From a virus (taxonomy: Duplodnaviria > Caudoviricetes), in IMG/VR virus record IMGVR_UViG_3300033067_002106, positions 1 to 64,000 of that record: a stretch of 64,000 bases of DNA; one strand, given 5' to 3'. The notes beneath the pieces were generated by a model, which searched no databases, was not told the origin of the DNA, and saw only the letters and a list, made by a program, of their open reading frames with translations. A program made the translations under genes and the position numbers. Of the stretch, positions 57,123 through 64,000 are shown piece by piece (within the stretch, counting starts at the first letter, position 1; each line of letters starts with the position of its first letter).

Positions 57123-57166
57123 TTCTAAGTTTGGGGTCATAGGTTCGAATCCTATCTGGTGTACCA
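57123..57166 (+). pseudogene. 3' half of split tRNA-Arg(TCT)
   Basis: T-TCT-AA-GTTTG-GGGTC-ATAGG-TTCGAAT-CCTAT-CTGGTGT-A-CCA. Confidence 0.8.
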
Positions 57167-57176
57167 AACCTATTTT

Positions 57177-57419
57177 ATGAAAACATTCATCGAATGGTTG
57201 GTAGATAAAACCAACGAAGATGACCTACCGTTTGACATGTCAAAAGATGATGTTATAACTTGGGTTAAGAACATTCAAGAGATACTTATCTCTGATGAAA
57301 AGAAGCCTTATATGGGACGGCATTACGGTGATTGTACGAAACAAAATATTCCTTGCCAACTTTGTTTATATTTGAATTGGTTGGTAGACTATAAAGAATA
57401 TTGTATATCGATTATATAA
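57177..57419 (+). CDS. Hypothetical protein
   Basis: HYGDCT...CQLC. Confidence 0.6.
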   Translation: MKTFIEWLVDKTNEDDLPFDMSKDDVITWVKNIQEILISDEKKPYMGRHYGDCTKQNIPCQLCLYLNWLVDYKEYCISII

Positions 57420-57431
57420 ATAATTAAACAC

Positions 57432-57767
57432 ATGTTGGACCCACGAACATTTGGCGGCTCAAGAGCGGCTGAAGTTTTGGTTGAAAGATTGAAAGCTCAC
57501 GACTCAAAAATGATTAATAAGGTTGGTCATATTTGGGTTTCTTATAGTCAAACTTTTAACGAAATAAAAAAGTTAGACAGCAGGATTTCAATCGGGTTAG
57601 CCAAATTGGTATATCATAATGCAATAGGAAAGGCTGATACCTTTCCTGATGATATTAAAACTTATTTTAAAAACATAATCAGTGCTCGTTATAGGGTTTT
57701 TCTAATTGAAAGGGACGCACACAAACCTTATAAACATAGGGCGGATTATCCGGCAAAACAAAAATAA
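57432..57767 (+). CDS. Hypothetical protein
   Basis: 111-aa ORF. Confidence 0.55.
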   Translation: MLDPRTFGGSRAAEVLVERLKAHDSKMINKVGHIWVSYSQTFNEIKKLDSRISIGLAKLVYHNAIGKADTFPDDIKTYFKNIISARYRVFLIERDAHKPYKHRADYPAKQK

Positions 57768-57768
57768 C

Positions 57769-58875
57769 ATGTTAGCAATAATCAGATACATAAAGACACA
57801 TGGCCTAGCTAAGGCTATTGAAACTTTCAAACTCAAGACTAGAGTCTATGAGAAGAAAATTCTATTGAACTATGACCAAATAGAATCCAATATGTCCTTC
57901 GAGGAAGTTCAAGACTGTCGTGGTCTTATTCTTGAAAGAGATACATGGAAGGTTATGTCCATGTCATTCAGAAAGTTCTTCAACCATGGTGAAGGAAATG
58001 CTGCAACAATTGATTGGAATACCGCACGTGTACTTGAAAAGGTAGACGGAACGATGATTCAACTTTATTGGGATTGGCATAAGAACGAATGGTTTGCGGC
58101 AACAACTGGTATGGCTGAGGCAGAGGGAGAGGTCAATAATATCGAGAAAACTACTTTTAGTTTATTGTTTTGGAACACAGTTAAACTAGACAAAAATAAG
58201 TTGGATAAAGATTTAACCTATGTCTTCGAGCTATGCACACCAGAAAATATTGTTGTAACACCACACACTGAATATAAGGCTATTTTATTAGCGGTTAGAA
58301 ATAAAATTTCACTAAAGGAAATGTCATATTCAGAACTTGAATCCGTTAGTCAAGTATTGTCAATTCCATTGGTCAAGTCAATCGAGATGACATTTACTTC
58401 TGTTGAGGATATAAAGAAGACATTTGAAAATATGCCATTTAGCGAAGAAGGTTATATCATTATTGATGCTAATTTTAATCGTATCAAGATTAAGAATCCA
58501 GCATATGTTGCCGCACATATATTAAAAGGAAAGTCTGGATTTCATCACATCATGGATATTATTAAAACAAATGAAGTTGAGGAATATGTCGCAACATTTC
58601 CAAACAGAAAGGATGAAATCTTGAAACTTAAAGTAAATTACGACAACTTAATAAATCGGTTAACCAATTTGTGGAGTATACTGATAAAAGAAACACCTAA
58701 GAATGATGGTAAAACACAAAAAGGTTACGCTGAATCAGTATTTAAACTTACAAGTGAGCATGGGCTAAAATGTTTTTCGGGTTTGTTCTTTAATTTGGCA
58801 AACGATAAAGTATCAAACATTGATGAGTTTGTCTCTAACTTTGATAATAAGATTCTATATGAACTACTTCGGTAG
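57769..58875 (+). CDS. T4 Rnl1-like RNA ligase
   Basis: DCRGL, FRKFFN, EKVDGT (motif I), FELCTP, EGYII, KIKN. Confidence 0.85.
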   Translation: MLAIIRYIKTHGLAKAIETFKLKTRVYEKKILLNYDQIESNMSFEEVQDCRGLILERDTWKVMSMSFRKFFNHGEGNAATIDWNTARVLEKVDGTMIQLYWDWHKNEWFAATTGMAEAEGEVNNIEKTTFSLLFWNTVKLDKNKLDKDLTYVFELCTPENIVVTPHTEYKAILLAVRNKISLKEMSYSELESVSQVLSIPLVKSIEMTFTSVEDIKKTFENMPFSEEGYIIIDANFNRIKIKNPAYVAAHILKGKSGFHHIMDIIKTNEVEEYVATFPNRKDEILKLKVNYDNLINRLTNLWSILIKETPKNDGKTQKGYAESVFKLTSEHGLKCFSGLFFNLANDKVSNIDEFVSNFDNKILYELLR

Positions 58876-59298
58876 TTCATTTTTTTTGATAACCCTATTA
58901 ATATAACTACATAGTGGTTGGAGATTAGTATAATGGTTTAATCGGATTATATCCTCTTCTGTTTTTGCAGAGGATAATGGTATTATATGGTCAAGGTCCC
59001 ATCCATAGCCCTCAGTACCATTATATAGTCCATGGTTTCCCCAGTTCATCCAAGGCTCAAATTTGGATTCAATCCGTTTTTTAAGTTCTTCAAAAGAACA
59101 TCCTATAATACTTAATGTTTTCGAAGTTTTTGATAAGGAATTTTGTTTAAAAGCTTTAATTATTGATAATCTAATTTTATTTTTTAATTTGAATAAGGCA
59201 TCAGTTTTAATCTTTTTTCTGTAATGCTCTCGTCTTTTTTTATTTATTGCGTCTTTATTATTTTTATCATACGTTATATTCTGAGAGTCGAAAAACAT
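58864..59298 (-). CDS. HNH-family endonuclease, probably 5'-truncated
   Basis: IGCSFEEL...WDLDHIIP...NHYTNLQPL; N-terminus overlaps the antisense methyltransferase. Confidence 0.7.
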   Translation of the reverse strand: MFFDSQNITYDKNNKDAINKKRREHYRKKIKTDALFKLKNKIRLSIIKAFKQNSLSKTSKTLSIIGCSFEELKKRIESKFEPWMNWGNHGLYNGTEGYGWDLDHIIPLSSAKTEEDIIRLNHYTNLQPLCSYINRVIKKNELPK

Positions 59299-59726
59299 GG
59301 CCTGAGATACCGTATCTTGAAATGGCTAAGAAGTTAGAGAAAAGACCTGATTGGATTGTCGGTGACTTTGGTTGTGGTGAGAATCTGATGGCCAAAGAAA
59401 TAAAGAATAAGGTTTATGCTTTTGACCACATTGCGATTGATGATTCGGTTACCGCTTGTGATATCGCTAGGGTACCGCTTCAGGACGCATCCTTGGACGT
59501 TGCAGTATTTTCCTTATCGCTTATGGGTAGCAATTATTTGGACTACTTAAAAGAGGCGTATAGGGTTCTGAGACCATATGGAAAAATATTTGTATGTGAA
59601 CCAGCAAACAAGTGGGGTGAAAACGGTGAGGAATTGAAAGAAGTACTTGAAAGTGTTGGTTTTAAGTGTTTTGGTGCGGTTAAAAATACGGATAAGTTCG
59701 TATATGTTTACGGGGATAAAAATTAA
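59247..59726 (+). CDS. Rrp8-like class I SAM-dependent methyltransferase (start uncertain; ATG at 59322)
   Basis: VGDFGCG, AFDH, CDIARVP, DVAVFSLSLMGSN, EAYRVL. Confidence 0.7.
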   Translation: MRLYYFYHTLYSESRKTWPEIPYLEMAKKLEKRPDWIVGDFGCGENLMAKEIKNKVYAFDHIAIDDSVTACDIARVPLQDASLDVAVFSLSLMGSNYLDYLKEAYRVLRPYGKIFVCEPANKWGENGEELKEVLESVGFKCFGAVKNTDKFVYVYGDKN

Positions 59727-59776
59727 TTTTGAATTGATTGATATTTTACGTATATTTGCATTTCTCAACATAAATA

Positions 59777-60040
59777 ATGGATAAAAATAATCTAAATTTT
59801 TTAAGGAATAGCCGACCACATAATTTGGTTTTGGGTGAAGATTACATTGTTTGGTATGGGCAAAAACCGGAACTCTGCAAGTTCATTCAACCAACCGAAA
59901 AGGGGTTTAATTTCCTTAATTTAGATACATCAAAATGCATTCTTAAAAGACATCTCTATCCTTCAAAAAAAATCGGTACCGGAAGTACATTTTTTATTCA
60001 TTCTTTCATTTCAATTCTCAAACATCAAAAAGTAGCATAA
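59777..60040 (+). CDS. Hypothetical protein
   Basis: 87-aa ORF after TATATTTG. Confidence 0.6.
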   Translation: MDKNNLNFLRNSRPHNLVLGEDYIVWYGQKPELCKFIQPTEKGFNFLNLDTSKCILKRHLYPSKKIGTGSTFFIHSFISILKHQKVA

Positions 60041-60831
60041 TGAAGTTCAAAAACACATTATCTGAAAATAATCTTTATGGTAATATAGCCGTCTATTCGC
60101 CGGATATGGATTTTATGTTTTATTGTAATCAGAGGAAACTTAATTTTTATATCAAGAACAATTTAATCAAAGAGATTGGTGAAGATAAGTTTCAACTTAC
60201 CTTCAAACCAAGTGGTTTAGGACATTCCGATACAGATAGTCTTTGTGGATTTGGTATCAAAAGCAAACGTGAAAATATGTGTGTTGTAACGGGGAAAACA
60301 AATAACCTAACAAAGCACCATATTGTTCCCACTTTTTTCAGAAAACATCTTCCGACCAAATACAAATGTTCTTATTTATTGGTCGTTTTGATAGAAGCAA
60401 ATGAGCATCGTCGGTATACAATTGAAGAACAAAAATTCTATAACGTATTGGCCGAAAAATATGGTGTTGAAAAATGGGAAATTGAAAGGAACGCTCAAAA
60501 TAGACGACCAAACAATATTGCATATGCTCTGCTTAGCTATGCTTCGGCAATACCTGAAGAAACACAAGCAAACTTAAGGGTTGAGTTCAAAGAATTAACA
60601 GGCTTAGAAGCGACTGAAGAAAACTTAACCGAATATAACACAAAAAAAGCCAAGAAGGGTTCCAATGATTTATTTGGGGCTAAGCTTGTTGCCAAGATAA
60701 CAGATTTTGAAGAATTTGAAAAGATTTGGTTGAATCATTTTATTGAAACAACCAAACCAAACTTTTTACCTGAAGATATTATTCTAAAATATAAACCAAA
60801 ACAATACAATGACTATCAAACAAATTTTTGA
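60040..60831 (+). CDS. HNH-like protein resembling the C-terminal domain of EXD2
   Basis: YGNI..YSPD...C..RK...Y, L.FKP.G, CVVTG...HHIVP..FRKH.P..YK. Confidence 0.65.
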   Translation: MKFKNTLSENNLYGNIAVYSPDMDFMFYCNQRKLNFYIKNNLIKEIGEDKFQLTFKPSGLGHSDTDSLCGFGIKSKRENMCVVTGKTNNLTKHHIVPTFFRKHLPTKYKCSYLLVVLIEANEHRRYTIEEQKFYNVLAEKYGVEKWEIERNAQNRRPNNIAYALLSYASAIPEETQANLRVEFKELTGLEATEENLTEYNTKKAKKGSNDLFGAKLVAKITDFEEFEKIWLNHFIETTKPNFLPEDIILKYKPKQYNDYQTNF

Positions 60832-62191
60832 TGAAATAGCAAATGAATCTTCAACCAATAAAAAGATGGAGATTCTTGGTAAGTATAAAGATAATGACCA
60901 GCTCAAACGGGTCTTATATCTGGCAAACTCAAAACGGGTAAAGTTCTATATCAAACAAATACCAAGCTATACCAAAGCCATGCTTACACATGACTTAAGT
61001 GATGCGTTGGATGCCCTTTCACAGTTAAGTGAAAGAACGCTTACTGGTAATGCCGCTAACACACACTTAGCCGCTGTTCTATCCCTTTGTGAACCTGATG
61101 ATGCTTATATCATTGAGCGTATCATCGAAAAGGATTGTAAGATTGGTATGGGCACATCCAATATGAACAAGGTATTCCCTAAGCTCATTGAAGATACCCC
61201 TTATATGGGTGCAAAATCCTTCAGCGAAGACCTTGCAAAGAAAATTTTTAAGGATGGGCCCGCTTATAGCCAAATCAAAATGGATGGCCGTTATTGCAAT
61301 GCAATTATCCGTTCTGGAGAGGTTGATTTGGAAAGCCGTCAAGGTGAGCCAACAATCCTTACAGGTGCCAAATTTTTGGAAGAACTATCAAGAGTAAATG
61401 ATTGTGTGCTTAATGGTGAGTTAACGATGAACAACATTTCACGTTATGAAAGCAATGGTATTATCGCCTCATTAATTAGTATTGGTAAAAAACGAGCGGA
61501 TGGCGAAGATGTAACTAAAGAAATCGCCAAGTTTGAAGAAAAACATATGGGTTATCAAAAAGCGCTTGATAAGATTGTCTTCACAATCTGGGATAGAATT
61601 ACCGTCGACGAATATTTTGAAGTTAAATCAACAGTCCCATATAATGTTAGATTTGATGCAGTTGTTGAATTGGTAACATATGTTGCTGAGCCATTCACAA
61701 ACCTAGCATTCGTTGAAACATATAGGGTTGATACATATGAGGACGCAATTGCACATTTCCAAGATGCATTGGCGAGAGGTGAAGAAGGAACAATCTTAAA
61801 ATCACGCAAGGGTATGTGGAAGGATGGTAAGCCCAACTGGCAGGTTAAGATGAAACTCGAAATGGATGTGGACCTTAAGATTGTTGGGTTCAATTACGGT
61901 ACAGGTAAAAACGCAAATGTAATTTCAAGTGTAAATGCTGTATCATCCGATGGTAAAGTTTTTACCCGACCAACGGGTATTGATGAGGAAACAATGCAAT
62001 ACATTACCGACAATCAGGATAAATTGCGTGATACTATTCTTGAGGTTAAATGTTGTGGATTATCTAGCGATTCTGATGGAAATTATTCACTCTTACATCC
62101 TGTATTTAAGAAGCTCAGGGATGATAAAAACACTTGCGATAGTCTTGAGTCAATCAAGGATATTGAAGCAATGGCCAAGGGGTTAAAATAG
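60809..62191 (+). CDS. ATP-dependent DNA ligase
   Basis: QIKMDGRY, LNGEL, EGTILK, KMK, OB-fold end. Confidence 0.9.
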   Translation: MTIKQIFDEIANESSTNKKMEILGKYKDNDQLKRVLYLANSKRVKFYIKQIPSYTKAMLTHDLSDALDALSQLSERTLTGNAANTHLAAVLSLCEPDDAYIIERIIEKDCKIGMGTSNMNKVFPKLIEDTPYMGAKSFSEDLAKKIFKDGPAYSQIKMDGRYCNAIIRSGEVDLESRQGEPTILTGAKFLEELSRVNDCVLNGELTMNNISRYESNGIIASLISIGKKRADGEDVTKEIAKFEEKHMGYQKALDKIVFTIWDRITVDEYFEVKSTVPYNVRFDAVVELVTYVAEPFTNLAFVETYRVDTYEDAIAHFQDALARGEEGTILKSRKGMWKDGKPNWQVKMKLEMDVDLKIVGFNYGTGKNANVISSVNAVSSDGKVFTRPTGIDEETMQYITDNQDKLRDTILEVKCCGLSSDSDGNYSLLHPVFKKLRDDKNTCDSLESIKDIEAMAKGLK

Positions 62192-62280
62192 TCCTTTTTT
62201 TAGTTAAAAATAAATTTGGATAGAAATCAAATTCTTCGTATATTTGTCTTTCAATATTACATAATTAAACACAAAAAACA

Positions 62281-62844
62281 ATGAAAATCGGAAATTTCCA
62301 AGTACCAAATTTTTTAAAATGGTTAGTCCTTATTGGTCTGCCCCTTCTCTTCATTATTTCGACATATGCTTCGTTTAATAACCGTGAGGTTGATTTACGA
62401 ACCACGTTTGAAATGCAAATGAAGAATCGTACCGCCCTGTTTGATAAGATGTGGAAAGTAATTTCCCAAAAGGCTCAGATTACCAAAGCGTATGACTCAT
62501 CATTTCTTCGTATCGTACAGGCTGCGATGGACCCTCGTAAAGACGGTGCCGGAATCATGATGAAATGGGTTAAGGAAAGCAACCCAACCTTACAAGCCAA
62601 CACAGTACAAGAGCTTTATAAAGACCTTGGACGTACAATTGAGAGTGAGCGTAACGGCTTTTTCGAACGTGAAGAAACACTCGCATCTATTCAGCAACAA
62701 CACTCTAAGTTTTTAAGAAGTTTTCCAAACAACCTGTATAATGTTTTTATGGGTCGGAAAGAATTGAATTACAATCCGATTTCATCCGATAAGACCGACG
62801 ATGTTATGCGAACTGGTAAGGACAACGATACAAAAGTTTTTTAA
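62281..62844 (+). CDS. Membrane-anchored hypothetical protein
   Basis: N-terminal TM, helical periplasmic region. Confidence 0.65.
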   Translation: MKIGNFQVPNFLKWLVLIGLPLLFIISTYASFNNREVDLRTTFEMQMKNRTALFDKMWKVISQKAQITKAYDSSFLRIVQAAMDPRKDGAGIMMKWVKESNPTLQANTVQELYKDLGRTIESERNGFFEREETLASIQQQHSKFLRSFPNNLYNVFMGRKELNYNPISSDKTDDVMRTGKDNDTKVF

Positions 62845-62880
62845 TCAAAAGGGGCCTAGCCCCTTTTAAAATTTACCTTC

Positions 62881-64000
62881 ATGATAATTTGGTTTGCAAT
62901 GTTACTCCCATTTATTGGGTGTGCAATAGCATATAAGCTTTGGAGAAACAAATTTGTTTGGTGGGAATTAACCTTACCTACGATTTTGTCATTTCTTTTT
63001 ATATTGATTACAAAGTTCAGTGTTGAAAGTTCAATGCTTTCCGATACTCAATATAAGGGTGGAATGATAGTTGAGGCCAGATATTACGAATACTGGTCAA
63101 CATGGGTACATAAAATATGTTCAGAACAATATGCTTGTGGAACGTATACAACTGGTACTGGTAACAATAGAACAACACATACCAGATATTGCACAAGATA
63201 TTATGATTGCTCATATTGTGATAGAAATGACCCATATTGGGTTGTTTTGGATGACCAAGGCCACACATGGAGAATAAGTGAAAACGAATACAATCGCCTT
63301 AGAATTCAGTGGAAAGCAGCACCACAATTTGTTGAACTTAATCGAAATATCAATTACCATGGTACTTGTGGTCAAGATGGTAACATGTATTCTATTAAAT
63401 GGGATGGGGGAATGTTAACATCAGAATCATCAACATGGGAATCAACATATGAAAACCATGTTCAGGTTTCAAAATCAAATTTTGACCTCAGAGATGTTTC
63501 TAAATCGGAAGCTAAAAAATATGGACTATACGACTATCCAAATGTCAACACATATTATCAAACAAGCATATTAGGTATTGATAGTCTTACGTTTTTACAA
63601 CCTAGTTATAAACTTGGTGCTGTTAAAATGTTTGATTATTTTAACGGTGTATATGGGCCTAAACGAAAAATAAGGGTATTTGTTCTTCTGTTTAATGATA
63701 AACCGTTCGATGTTGCCATCAAACAAAAAAATTATTGGGATGGTGGAAATAAGAATGAGGTTGTTATTTGTATTGACGTTAATAAAACCACTGGTAAATT
63801 AAATTGGGTTTATCCATTTACGTGGGGGGAGAATAAACGTATATCGATTGATTTACGAGAAGATATAATGAATCTTAATACGTTGAATTTTACCCAGATG
63901 TATCACATTGTTGATTCGGCCACGGTTAATTTTACATACAGAGATTTTAAACAATTCAATTATCTCTCAGTGGACCCGCCAACATGGGAAGTGTGGTTGG
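62881..64000 (+). CDS. Membrane protein, 3'-partial (absent from ORF track)
   Basis: ATG 62881; frame open to window end; two N-terminal TMs, Cys-rich periplasmic region. Confidence 0.7.
   Translation, partial: MIIWFAMLLPFIGCAIAYKLWRNKFVWWELTLPTILSFLFILITKFSVESSMLSDTQYKGGMIVEARYYEYWSTWVHKICSEQYACGTYTTGTGNNRTTHTRYCTRYYDCSYCDRNDPYWVVLDDQGHTWRISENEYNRLRIQWKAAPQFVELNRNINYHGTCGQDGNMYSIKWDGGMLTSESSTWESTYENHVQVSKSNFDLRDVSKSEAKKYGLYDYPNVNTYYQTSILGIDSLTFLQPSYKLGAVKMFDYFNGVYGPKRKIRVFVLLFNDKPFDVAIKQKNYWDGGNKNEVVICIDVNKTTGKLNWVYPFTWGENKRISIDLREDIMNLNTLNFTQMYHIVDSATVNFTYRDFKQFNYLSVDPPTWEVWL

Noticed and set aside
56581-57166. Group I intron in tRNA-Arg
   Set aside because: The break is in the anticodon stem, the insert contains a whole tRNA and an antisense ORF, and no P4/P7 core motifs were seen.
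112-63277. Many 60-170 aa ORFs antisense to or nested in long genes (e.g. 112-477, 24025-24522, 28251-28871, 32506-32997, 35088-35543, 37014-37469, 40517-41041, 61555-61893)
   Set aside because: They overlap well-supported genes, lack motifs and show antisense-type composition.
1-64000. Genome-wide stop-codon recoding (code 4 or 15)
   Set aside because: TGA ends genes with ATGA start overlaps (13990, 20133, 54000) and TAG ends intact genes (12009, 32550, 62191); long structural ORFs are open under code 11.
1-64000. Eukaryotic giant-virus origin (Rrp8-, EXD2-, Trl1-like genes)
   Set aside because: Sigma-70, tmRNA, TBDR, M15 endolysin, tail tube and bacterial operon coupling indicate a bacteriophage.

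Overview
AT-rich, gene-dense segment of a large tailed (jumbo-type) phage, almost certainly infecting Bacteroidota (repeated TAnnTTTG promoters, no Shine-Dalgarno sites, Gln at +1 of signal peptides, Bacteroidota-type RpoD and SprB-like repeats). 1-9.5 kb: virion tail/baseplate genes. 9.5-18.3 kb: RuvC, primase, exonuclease, SbcCD, sigma factor. 18-28 kb: late/virion and hypothetical genes. 28-62 kb: a large translation/RNA-maintenance region (TROVE-like vWA protein, DnaJ, ClpP, tmRNA, RF1-like release factor, PTH2, CCA enzyme, PNK/2H-phosphodiesterase, RNA ligase, about 30 tRNA or tRNA-like genes, five free-standing endonucleases) plus a TonB receptor-PnuC-NadR cassette. Best candidates for an undescribed system: (1) a 32-codon leader peptide plus terminator/antiterminator in front of the tRNA array, whose codons mirror the tRNA content of the array (an apparent multi-tRNA-sensing attenuator); (2) stop-codon-gated genes: the RF1-like gene has two in-frame UGA and PTH2 has a conserved in-frame UAG, flanked by two amber-suppressor tRNAs, although the rest of the window uses the standard code; (3) four tRNA genes with a rearranged architecture in which a D-loop-like element follows the anticodon arm. 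All product calls come from motif recognition by eye; no searches or folding programs were run.
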